From an uncultured bacterium (GTDB lineage: Bacteria; Patescibacteriota; Minisyncoccia; Phycocordibacterales; UBA9973), in contig CAIOXR010000054.1 of the NCBI GenBank assembly GCA_903862375.1, positions 1 through 33,466 on the forward strand: 33,466 bases of DNA, read 5' to 3'. The position numbers and the translations under genes are program-made. The stretch's first letter is position 1. Every line of letters starts with the position of its first letter. Shown here piece after piece: positions 21,131 to 30,416 of this stretch. The notes beneath the pieces are model-generated. The model saw only the letters and a list, made by a program, of their open reading frames with translations, did not search any database and had not been told where the DNA came from.

Positions 21131-21244
21131 CTGTAATAATAAGATATAAAATGTGCCTTATATCAGGGCGGGAAGACGAGTGATTATATACGTGGGTAGG
21201 ACTGATGCCCTCCCCAACTATATAATGTCTTAACAACTTTCCGC

Positions 21245-21574
21245 TTAAACACCAACCATTTCTGCTAGATCATCTATCTGTGCTTGTGTATTACTTAATT
21301 CTTCTGCTTCTTTCTGTAATTGTTTCTGTTTCTCTTCTTGGATAATCTCGTCTGGTATCTTCTTCATAACTAACTCTATAAATCTCACTTCGCTTCTTAA
21401 CATATCGTGATAAGAATAATGTGTATCAAAGTCTTTTCCTATCTCTCCTGTTAATCAACATAATATTGTCTTTCTCATCTCTAATCTTCCGTCTAGGTAT
21501 TCTAACATCAACTTCCGTATATCTGTCTCCTTAAATCCCTCCATCATCGATAGTACATCTTTAGTCTTAGCCAT
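21245..21574 (-). CDS. hypothetical protein between portal and scaffold
   Basis: 109 aa, MAKTKDVLSMMEGFKETDIRKLMLEYLDGRLEMRKTILCGLTGEIGKDF... Frame checked. Confidence 0.75.
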
Positions 21575-21595
21575 CTATATAATTAAAAGATAAAA

Positions 21596-23518
21596 TTACA
21601 TTTGTTGGTCTCATCTGTTTGGTGGTGTTGCTGGTTTTTGCATTGCCTGACTTGTTGCTATATTTTGTGTGCTATTAGCTATCTCATTAAATGCTGTAGG
21701 AGCTACTGGTGCTTGTTGTGGTACTTTTATCAATGCCTCTTGTAACGCACCCAATACTACTTCTTTAGCCTTGGTGTTGTCTGCCTTTTGAAGGTATATC
21801 CAGAAAGTTGGTAGATATTCTGGTGGATTACTCATAATAGATTTAGGTATCTCGTTTAAGTTAACTATACTTAGGTAGTCCATCGCTTTACGTTCGTTAT
21901 TAGTTAATGGTACTAATACATTTACTTCGTTAGGTGTTTTACCGTTACATCTTAATAACATCCTTTTAGCTATAAGTTTACTTACTTTCGGAGTATCTGG
22001 ATCTTGTAAGAATAATGCTAGATATTTATCTCGGAATACTCTTTGTTTCTCGTTTTGACCTTCTACTTCACCTTTTGTACCAATAATGATGAACGGAATT
22101 TGACTAGTGAAGAAATCATCCTTCCCGATGGTCAAAGACTTAAATTCAAAGTTCGAGTTGATCGTGAGGTTTTTCTTGTCAGCTGAACTGAAATTCTCCT
22201 GATAACCCTTCCGTCGTTCATATCGGAACATCTTGTCGCCTCGAGAGTTAATTTTGTTGTTGAGCAGACCTATAATGTTCGAATTTGCCTGAGCTATTTG
22301 GCTCTCAGTAGCCGTAACATCTCTAGTAGCGATTACTCATTGCTGTTGATTATCTAAGTTTACATCAAATCTAGCTTCAGAATCGATAGCATTCATCATA
22401 CTAAATGTATCTGTTTTTATTTGACTTCTTGGAATTTCTATTCCCACATTACCTAGAGGCTCTTGTGTATCTACAAATATGTTCCTTCATTGTGTTGTGG
22501 GCTTTAATATATCGTTTTTATTTTTAATAAGTCTTGAATTCCAGATAAAATCTCATCCAAGTGCTTCTTTTTTAGCTTTAATTATATTTAGGTTAAATAG
22601 TATTGTTTTTGCTATCTGTTTATCATCTAATCTATCACATACTGATTCTCCCATAGCATCGTTTCTTCTAGGTTTCCAGTAGTTAAGTATTATAGGAAAA
22701 CTTATAAGATTAGAGTTTTCTTTTTCTTCTTTTAATACTGGTTTAATTTCAGAAACTCTTAATATCTTTGCTCTATCTGCTGTAGTTGTTACACAATACT
22801 TTTTACCATTAAAATTAGTAAAGTGATGATAAATATCTAAACTGAAGTTATGTTTAAGTCATTCTACTGCTGTAGGCATAACATAATTATACGCCATAGC
22901 GTAAGTAGACCGATTAAGTTTTGTTTCTGAACTGAATAAACTAGCTACTATCTCATCCAGTACCTTCTTATCGTATGTTAGGTCTGCTGCTAACTCTAAT
23001 ATAGTAGTAGTCAAATCAAATCAATGATATCTGTAGTTTTTACCATCAAATCTTCCTGTTTGGCTAGGAATAGGATCAGGAATCCAACTTAATGGGTTAA
23101 TTACAGCAAAAAGTGGCACTTTTCTAGTATCATCCCATCCATATCTATGTCTAATACTTACTCCAAAGAAATACCTATCTTGTTCTTTTTGGTAATATAG
23201 TTGCTGATAATCGTCTTCGTTATTATCAAATTCAGCCATAAAATTAAGATTATCAGCCTTCTCTTGACCTATCCATCCATCTTTAGGAGCGAAATTAACA
23301 GTTAATCCATCTGTGTACGAAGTAGCTATCATTGTATCTATTGCGTTAGCTATCATATTAATATTTATCTTATCAACACCTTTTTTCTGCTTATTCCGTC
23401 TTATAACTCTTTGTCTGTACTGGATTCTCTTAGGGTTGATGTAGTTCCACCCCTCTGAATATTCTCTAACTATCTGGGCGATTAATAACGCCTTATCTGC
23501 TTCTGAAAGTTCTACCAT
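21596..23518 (-). CDS. portal protein
   Basis: 640 aa. Joins same-frame track ORFs 23021..23518 and 21611..22231 through 6 TGA, every codon checked. It is the first large gene after TerL. Confidence 0.85.
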
Positions 23519-23559
23519 TTAGTATGCAGGATATAAATATAATCCTCATAATCATTTAT

Positions 23560-23591
23560 ATATAAAAAGAAAGTGTATACTAGGTATACAC
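23560..23591 (-). terminator. rho-independent terminator after terL
   Basis: Perfect 8-bp stem gtgtatac (23573-23580) / gtatacac (23584-23591). On the minus strand it is followed by tttcttttt. Confidence 0.6.
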
Positions 23592-23628
23592 ATTTACTTA
23601 TTATTAGTTAATATAGATAATCAATATA

Positions 23629-25020
23629 TTAATATAAAAATCAACTATAATCTACCTCAAATACTCATTCTAACGAACTATTAGTAGCTTCTAGATCTCT
23701 TACCACCCATCGCATCCTCATCATTATAGCATCAGCGAAGTCTGAACTCCTATTTATCCTTTTTCTTAATAACTCTTTAGATTCTATCATTATCTTACCT
23801 TCTTTATCAGTATTTTTAACATAAATATTCTCTAATTCTCTCATTAGGTTCTCTTTAGTACTTCATTCGTTTTCTATCCTTATTAATCTTTTTTCCATAA
23901 GTTCCTTTAATTTGAAATAGCATTGAGTTTTCATATTACCGAAGTTTTTGATAACAAAACCAGTCTTTTCTGAGTTATTCTTAAACGGTGTAGCTGAATT
24001 AACGAAATTAACACACCCCCTTAACATATCTGCTACCCCTCCTCCTACTCAATCACTATCTATCAAGATATTAGCTCTCCTTATCTCAAATTCTGTCTCT
24101 AACTCCTTTATCCTTTGTGCTACCTCTGTAGTAGTGTTCTGTGCATACGTGATAATCTTAAAACATTTAAGTCATTTCCATAGTGCTATAACGGTTTTAT
24201 CGTCTCAAAGTCTAGCTACATCACAAGTTAAATACGCAGTTGGGTCTGATTCTATGTTATTCCTAAATAAATCATATATCTCGTCATATCTAAACACTTT
24301 ACCTTCATCATCACTCCAATCAAAGTTACCATAAAGCAACCTCTGTCTAGTTATCTCGTCAGAGTTCTGTAGCTGTACTATATATTCAGGGTCGATATAC
24401 TTGTTATCAGTAGCTAAAGCTGGTATAAATTGTCTTATTTCTGATATTTTCTTCTCTTTATATGGTATCCAGAACCTTTCCTTTACGTGTCATTGGTCAG
24501 GGTTAAATGTCTCTAGTAATTTAGGGATAATACCATATTCTCTGTTCTTTTGTCTTGAAATACGTGTCTTTAGGATAGTAATAGCCTGTAAATCTACCTC
24601 GTTTGATTCGTCTATAAACCCTCAAGTCAACTCTAACGACCCAAATCTAGTGTATAATGGGTCTGATGGCTGCTGAGCACAATCTAATAGTAGAATCTCT
24701 GATTTATTAGGGAACTTAATAATATTATACTTCTTATCTAACTTTCACATAAGCTCTAACGGTATCTGATAATCCTCTCAGAACTTATAATATGAGTTTA
24801 ATGTCGTTTTCATTAAGTTAGAAAGCTCTCTACGTCACATAAAGTAACGCACTCAAGGATATTTATTAACCATCATCCATAACCAAGCTACTCAGATATA
24901 TGATTTACCTCATCATGCCCCTCATCCATACCCTACCTCTCTAGTTACGTTATCCATAAGATACTGCATAGCCATCGCTTGTTTCTCTGATGCTTTAAAC
25001 TCGAGTTTGAATTCTTGCAT
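23629..25020 (-). CDS. terL: terminase large subunit
   Basis: 463 aa, every codon checked. P-loop is VGYGGGAGGGKSY (24901-24927; three of its Gly are TGA). Walker B-like segment is LELTGGFIDESNEV. Plus-strand track ORFs 23948..24334 and 24401..24676 are antisense. Confidence 0.93.
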
Positions 25021-25039
25021 ATATATAGTAGTGATAAAA

Positions 25040-25312
25040 CTATTTCTTCTTAGTTATCTTCTTTAACGCTTTCATCTCTTTCTTCTTTTGTTCTTTATCC
25101 TCTTTATCAGCGATATCGAGTTCGCAGAAAAGAAACGTTACCACATCAGCGATACTTAGATACGCTTCAGCTCCGTTCTTCTCTATTAGACTTATACCTT
25201 CCAATCTTACCTGTCATTTACCGTCCTCTAGATACTCTAATCTATATCCTCTATTACCTTTCTTGGTTACCGCTTTCTCATAAGTATTTTTGCTTAAATC
25301 TGTTTTTTTCAT
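25040..25312 (-). CDS. hypothetical basic protein between terS and terL
   Basis: 90 aa, MKKTDLSKNTYEKAVTKKGNRGYRLEYLEDGKGQVRLEG... with a Lys-rich tail. Frame verified base by base. Confidence 0.7.
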
Positions 25313-25333
25313 AATAATATTTAATTAATAAAA

Positions 25334-25804
25334 CTAACGATCAATACTTATATTTATAGAACCTACATACCAGTTACCCTCTCATCCTCAGATTCATGGT
25401 TTATCGCCTACCCCTGCTCTATTAAGTCTATCTTTTATGGCATCATTTCTCACACTTGCTGGTGTCTTCTCGTTCTCTATCATCCCCATCTGTATCTTCA
25501 AACATTTGTTAGCTGTCTCCTCTAGATACTTTATTACCTTCGGGTTGTTCCTCATCGAGTACCCTTGCTGTCATGGTAACTTAGCATCAGGGTTGACCTT
25601 CCTCATTGCCTTGGTACTATTTCCTCCGTTACTTAAATACTCCTGCACATATTTCACCTGTGCATCATTCAACATATATTTGTTCGCTAAAGCGTCTCTT
25701 TTTACTTTAGGTGCTTCACTTACTACAACTCACTCTTCTTTAAACTTCTCTACACTCTCTGTAGAGCTATCGGGACTGAGTTCTACCTCTATTTCTTCAA
25801 CCAT
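25334..25804 (-). CDS. terS: terminase small subunit
   Basis: 156 aa. ...LNDAQVKYVQEYLSNGGNSTKAMRKVNPDAKLPGQQGYSMRNNPKVIKYLEE... fits the Terminase_2-type HTH signature. Located upstream of terL. Confidence 0.8.
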
Positions 25805-26118
25805 TCGCTCTTCTTAGATTCTAAATTCTTTAACTGCTCCTCTTTCCTTCTATCAGTTATCCTTACTTTGATCTCGTCCATAGTCCATCATCCAAACGGT
25901 TTCTTCTTGAACAACGAGTAATACTCTATCTGTAGCGATTCCTTTCCTTTCTCTTTCTCGTTCTTATCCTCCCGTTCCATATCGCTTATCTTATCCAATA
26001 ACTTATCACAAAAATCTATACTTATACTCGTGTAGTTCACCTCCTTTAATGTCTCCTCATCTCTGAAGTCGTTTATAAACTTCTTAATTAGTTCCATTGT
26101 CTGTCTAATCTGTACCAT
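25789..26118 (-). CDS. hypothetical protein
   Basis: 109 aa. Track ORF 25888..26118 extends through TGA to TAG 25789. Charged and helical. Confidence 0.7.
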
Positions 26119-26308
26119 TTATTTGTTTAAGATATAAAACAACTCATTCATAATCTACCTTCCATCAATTCTTGCTAAACTCGTTCTTTATCGTCTTACG
26201 TTTCTTTCACGTCAAAAGCTCTAAGAGATTCAACATCTCTCGGCTTGTCCTCTTCGGCATAACCTTAAAGCTATACCCTCATCTATAATCTATCCCATTT
26301 ACTTCCAT
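26105..26308 (-). CDS. small basic protein, apparently leaderless first gene of the leftward operon
   Basis: 67 aa, MEVNGIDYRGGYSFKVMPKRTSREMLNLLELLTGKKRKTIKNEFSKNGWKVDYEG... The ATG lies 6 nt downstream of a TATAAT box. Frame checked. Confidence 0.5.
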
Positions 26309-26314
26309 AATGAC

Positions 26315-26342
26315 ATTATACCCCTCCTCCGTCTAATTGCAA
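26315..26342 (-). promoter_or_regulatory. sigma70-like leftward promoter
   Basis: The minus strand reads TTGCAA (26342-26337), a 16-nt spacer, then TATAAT (26320-26315), then gtcattATG. The spacer is the conserved G-rich box AGACGGAGGAGGGGT. Confidence 0.55.
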
Positions 26343-26535
26343 TAGATTTTTATATATTATTCGTTTAAGGATTCCAGCCCTTGTGTTGTGTCCCATTTAT
26401 ACCTATTTATTAGTATACTAGATATTAATATCTCCCGTATTGTGTCCCAAATGGTATATGCTTTGAATCCCGCGGGGACAGGTATAAAATTAAATTACCC
26501 CACGCCGATCGCTGCGGTACACCCCTCCTCCGTCT
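26320..26535. repeat. 15-nt direct repeat ACCCCTCCTCCGTCT (two copies)
   Basis: Perfect copies at 26320-26334 and 26521-26535, 201 nt apart. On the minus strand each lies between a -35-like hexamer (TTGCAA / GTGACA) and a -10-like position. Confidence 0.8.
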
Positions 26536-26561
26536 GACTGTCACAGGGTGACACAACACAA
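26381..26561. repeat. GC-rich palindrome-dense island bounded by a 12-bp perfect inverted repeat
   Basis: ttgtgttgtgtc (26381-26392) is the reverse complement of gacacaacacaa (26550-26561). Inside are TTGTGTCCCA twice (26386, 26440), the palindromes tagtatacta, gatattaatatc and cccgcggg, and tgtcac-agg-gtgaca. Confidence 0.75.
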
Positions 26562-26632
26562 CAATACAGTAACTAAGCACAAACAATCGGGGTATATGAC
26601 ATATTATATCACATATATTACAACTGTATACC

Positions 26633-26662
26633 TTGCACAATGTATATTGTGTAACGTATATT
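26633..26662 (+). promoter_or_regulatory. sigma70-like rightward promoter with overlapping operator-like palindromes
   Basis: TTGCAC (26633-26638), 18 nt, TATATT (26657-26662). Palindrome CACAATgtatATTGTG (26636-26651) lies in the spacer. AACGTAtatTACGTT (26653-26667) lies over the -10. The 14-mer ataccttgcacaat recurs at 26771-26784. Confidence 0.4.
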
Positions 26663-26878
26663 ACGTTGTTTGGCTTACTGTAGCGTGTAAGCGTGTGCGC
26701 GTTTGGGTGCTTTATGGAGGTTTTGGCGTTAATGGACTATTACGAATATGCGTTGTAACGTGTATTTATGATACCTTGCACAATACTATAATGTATAGTA
26801 TGTATATGTTCTTAATATGTATGTAAGTATCTTATAGTATTTATATGTTATTCTATTAGTCTTTTATTTGCTTATAGG

Positions 26879-26919
26879 TTTATATTATATTTATAGATTA
26901 TTTATATTATTTTTTATAT
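26879..26919. repeat. phased AT-rich iterons (TTTATAT/G)
   Basis: Copies start at 26879, 26890, 26901 and 26913 (11-12 bp phasing), plus one at 26840. They lie within a coding-free AT-rich stretch. Confidence 0.5.
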
Positions 26920-27069
26920 GCTTAGGTTTTATTTATTATTTATCTGTGATCTATTCTAATTTTATCAGATTTTATACTAATATATCATTTTAGGCGACTT
27001 ATTTATACAACTTCGATGATTAAATTTTGGCTTCTAAACTACATACTTTTTTTACAATGTCATTTACTC

Positions 27070-27128
27070 TTGATTTTTGATATATTATCAGTATACTTAC
27101 ACTGTCGCTAAGGAAACAATGTATTGTT
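27070..27128 (+). promoter_or_regulatory. candidate early promoter plus downstream operator-like palindrome
   Basis: TTGATT (27070-27075), 16 nt, TATACT (27092-27097). Palindrome AACAATgtATTGTT (27115-27128) shares ACAATGTAT with the 26636 site. The first early gene starts at 27196. Confidence 0.35.
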
Positions 27129-27195
27129 ATACATACTTTACTAGCTACACAATCTCTATCTATTCAATACCTTTTTATTCTTTATTCTTTACAAG

Positions 27196-27462
27196 ATGGA
27201 AACTCCAAAAGTTTATGAATTAACACTAGTCAACAGCAGAAAATCATTCTATGGTAAATGCAGAGTAATAGATGATTGAGTAACTGCAAAACTCCAATCC
27301 TATTCAACTATTGTTGCTGAATTTGACCACGGCACAAACAAAATGAAAGTAAATGGTCGATATTCAATGACAACTGCTAGTCATATAAATTCCTTTCTAG
27401 TGCATTTCTGATTTGATACTGCTACCAAAAACCAAATTGAAACACGAAACAATGCGAAATAA
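27196..27462 (+). CDS. hypothetical early protein (SFYGK...SYsT.VA family, function unknown)
   Basis: 88 aa, METPKVYELTLVNSRKSFYGKCRVIDDGVTAKLQSYSTIVAEFDHG...TTASHINSFLVHFGF. Two in-frame TGA. U-rich motif at 27170-27190. Confidence 0.75.
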
Positions 27463-27558
27463 TGCCAGTCCCTACCGTTCCCGCTAATCTCTACACGCTT
27501 GTAGAATTGGTGAGGTGGTAGTTAGTGCCACTTATATCTTTTTATATTCTTACAACCT

Positions 27559-27852
27559 ATGGAAATGATCAAAACTTTCAAAAAATGTCTTTATTCTGAT
27601 GCTTCACGTATCGTATGTTTTGATGAAAATGACAAGTTTCTATGTAAAACAGAGTCAAAAAGCTCCCACAGACTACGAAAATGACTAATGAAATTGACTA
27701 ATAAATTCTTATATGCTGATATTACTGATTACCAAGTTTGTATGAACAACAATCTTATATTTAAAAGCTGACAAATAGAAAAATGAAATGTATTTGCTAT
27801 CCTATTTGAAAACGAATATATTGGAGATTGACAATTTTGCTTTACTTCTTAA
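27559..27852 (+). CDS. hypothetical early protein
   Basis: 97 aa, MEMIKTFKKCLYSDASRIVCFDENDKFLCKTESKSS... Four in-frame TGA. Motif at 27534-27552. Frame verified. Confidence 0.65.
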
Positions 27853-27863
27853 CTTTATATAAA

Positions 27864-27989
27864 ATGGAGGATTTGGATGGAATGATAGATACAATTAAAC
27901 AATTAGAAGAAGAAATAAAAGAATTAAAAAGAGAAAATGAAGACCTATCTAAAAAAATAAAAGAAGCTATAAGCATACTAAAACGATAA
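27864..27989 (+). CDS. small coiled-coil peptide
   Basis: 41 aa, MEDLDGMIDTIKQLEEEIKELKRENEDLSKKIKEAISILKR. Confidence 0.4.
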   Translation: MEDLDGMIDTIKQLEEEIKELKRENEDLSKKIKEAISILKR

Positions 27990-27990
27990 T

Positions 27991-28010
27991 ATATCTTTTT
28001 ATCCTTTATA
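27991..28010 (+). promoter_or_regulatory. U-rich pre-start motif example
   Basis: ATATCTTTTTATCCTTTATAcattacaagATG. The core TTTTAT lies 17 nt before ATG 28020. Confidence 0.5.
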
Positions 28011-28019
28011 CATTACAAG

Positions 28020-28181
28020 ATGGAACGCTTAAACAACAAACAACTCCATGTTATGGTTTTATCTGATGAATTAGCTTGAATATGCTCTGATGTTGCTGAT
28101 TGAGGTATTGAACGAAAAGATTTACCTTGAATACTTGAGGCTCGAGTAGAAAAGAATTGTACTGACCAATACAGAGACTAA
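28020..28181 (+). CDS. hypothetical small protein
   Basis: 53 aa, MERLNNKQLHVMVLSDELAGICSDVADGGIERKDLPGILEARVEK... Confidence 0.55.
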
Positions 28182-28205
28182 TTTTTATCCTTTCCCTTAT
28201 TACTT

Positions 28206-28412
28206 ATGCATAAAATCAAAGCCTATAAAATCAAAGACCTCGCAAAACTAGATAATAAACACTTCCAAACCATACGCCAACGCATAAGGGCTTGAAAGTA
28301 TGTAGGCGTTGAGATTGAGGAATGAAAACATACAAAGACTAGATATTTAGACAAAACTAATTCTTTACTTCTTAAAAATTGAAATGCAACCAATCAAACT
28401 CTATTACCCTAA
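28206..28412 (+). CDS. small HTH-like DNA-binding protein (Xis/AlpA-like guess)
   Basis: 68 aa, MHKIKAYKIKDLAKLDNKHFQTIRQRIRAGKYVGVEIEEGKH... Motif at 28181-28199. Confidence 0.6.
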
Positions 28413-28505
28413 AAATAAACTTTCTATTACTGAAGCTTTATTACTTGGATTTCTTTTTTGAAGCTATTGTTTTACTATTATCTTTTTACTTTGTAAATAG
28501 TGAAA

Positions 28506-28646
28506 ATGTATATCCCTGTTATTGTTTTTATAATTATTGTAGTAATATGTTGAAGTTATTTTGATGAAATGGAAGAGAAAATTGATGAACTCAATGAAAA
28601 ATTAGACGAAAAAGATAATTATTATCCTGATGACTATGATTATTAA
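28506..28646 (+). CDS. small membrane peptide with an acidic tail
   Basis: 46 aa, MYIPVIVFIIIVVICGSYFDEMEEKIDELNEKLDEKDNYYPDDYDY. Motif at 28478-28495. Confidence 0.45.
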
Positions 28647-28749
28647 AATGTAAATATTAAAATTATAATATTCTGATTTATTGTTTATGATTTGATTTCA
28701 TATCATCAGATTAACTTGATTTTCTTATTTTATTATATATAAGCCAATT

Positions 28750-28830
28750 GAGCAAAAATATTCTGGACTTTTCTATTAGCTGTAATACTTCGGCAGGAAG
28801 CCCTAAAGTCCATAAAAAGATTTTTTGCTC
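28750..28830 (+). ncRNA. nested stem-loop RNA element / structured leader upstream of the replication module
   Basis: Outer stem gagcaaaaa (28750-28758) / tttttgctc (28822-28830). Middle stem ggacttt (28765-28771) / aaagtcc (28805-28811). Apical hairpin cttc-ggcag-gaag (28788-28800). An alternative partner, cttcctg (28832-28838), exists for caggaag (28794-28800). Confidence 0.4.
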
Positions 28831-28872
28831 ACTTCCTGTCTAAGTATTATGGCTTTTATTTTATCTGAATAA

Positions 28873-29613
28873 ATGGAAGGTCGAATAAAAATACATAGGA
28901 AAATCAATAAACGATGACGGTATACAGATGCTAATACTTTCCGTGTATTTTTTCATCTGCTTACAATAGTATCATATTGAGAACAAAATTGGAGATGACA
29001 AAAAACAATACCATGACAATGTACAGTATGAAGAAAATATCTAGCTCACGAATTACATCTATCAGAGCAACAAGTAAGACGTGCAATAATCAACCTACAA
29101 ACAACCAACGAAATAACAGTCCAGACAACCAACAGATTTTCTTTGATAACTATATGCAAATGGGAAGAATACCAATCAGAAGAAATAAAACAACCAACAA
29201 AACAACCAACAAAAAGTTTAGAATTCAACCAACAAACAACCACTACTAAAGAAATACAAGAAGAAAAGAAAGAAATAAATATAGATATACCAAAATTTCT
29301 AAAACAAACAATTAAAGAATTTATAGAGATGAGAAATAAAATAAAAAAACCATTAACAAATAAAGCATTAAATATGCTATTAAACAATTTGAATAAGCTA
29401 GGCAAGAATGACCCCGAAAAAATTATGATACTTGAACAATCTATATTTCATTGCCGACAAGGTATATTTCCCCTTAAAGATGAATATAAACTTGATAACC
29501 CTAGAATATTTAGAAAATATATGGAAGAGTGAAAATCTGAATATCTTAAAGAAATGCTTGGTATGGAAAAATTTACTGAATTAAAAGATATTTATCTTAT
29601 TACCCCTAAATAA
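28873..29613 (+). CDS. replication initiator-like protein with N-terminal winged HTH
   Basis: 246 aa, frame checked; contains track ORF 29143..29532. ...FRVFFHLLTIVSYGEQNWRGQKTIPGQCTVGRKYLAHELHLSEQQVRRAIINLQTTNEITV... is the usual phage replication/DnaD-type wHTH pattern. Confidence 0.8.
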
Positions 29614-30416
29614 TGGAAATAAATTATAAACAGACACCATTTACTCGAGGACTTAAAAAGATAGACAAGGCACTAGGAAAACCAGATTATCGTGAACTTA
29701 TAATATTTTTCTGATATTATTCATCTTGAAAGACTGAATTTACATATTTTATGGCTAGGAAAAATATAAAGAATTGACAGAAGGTATGTTATATGTCACT
29801 AGAACTTCCTGAATATGATATGAAATTAAGAATAGCAAGAAAAATGGCTTGAATTAAAAAATATGATTTCCAGACTTGAAATTATAATGAAACACAAAAA
29901 CAGATTATGGAAACTAATTTTAGAGAAATAGATAACCTGACGGATTTATATATTGTAAAACCAAAAACAAATGAAATATCAGAAATAGAAAATATAATAA
30001 GACAATATTATGATAAATGATGTAGATTATTTATTATAGATAATTTAGATAAAATAGGGTGAAATGAAATAGATAATATAAGATACCAACAAATATCATC
30101 AACACTTCAAGACTTAAAAAACGAAAACAATATATGTATATTTCTTATACATCACGCTAAAAAACCATGAAGTAAAGACAGACAATATGAACCAGCTGGT
30201 ATATCTTGAAGTAGATGAAGTCAGAAAATTATAGATAATGCTACACAATCAATAGAGATATGGAGAGATTTAGACCCAGAACAACTTGATGAAAAACACA
30301 AAGCAAAAGTATATCTTTATCAATATAAAGATACAATGGAAGGTAATAATAATGTAATAGATATTTATTTTAATAAATGAAATTATGAGGAAGAATACGA
30401 AAAACCAATCTTTTAA
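29613..30416 (+). CDS. DnaB C-terminal-like (RecA-fold) replicative helicase/ATPase
   Basis: 267 aa, frame checked. Walker A is GYYSSGKT (29712-29735), and both of its glycines are TGA. Walker B is LFIIDNLDKIG. Also present: ...HHAKKPGS... and AGISGSRGSQKIIDNA. The start overlaps the upstream stop (TAATG). Confidence 0.88.

Noticed and set aside
5401-25817. Plus-strand track ORFs inside the leftward block (5401..5685, 5847..6029, 7395..7661, 8118..8378, 8927..9311, 9453..10063, 10896..11165, 16987..17493, 19052..19264, 19674..20140, 20928..21149, 22479..22682, 23948..24334, 24401..24676, 25437..25817)
   Set aside because: All lie antisense to long minus-strand genes verified under table 25. 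Their translations are low-complexity (Ser/Leu/Phe/Cys-rich), and none has the upstream U-rich motif.
26425-26826. Track ORFs 26425..26640 (-) and 26548..26826 (+) in the control region
   Set aside because: Translations are Cys/Tyr/Val-rich low-complexity strings. They span the palindrome-rich, promoter-like DNA and have no start-context motif.
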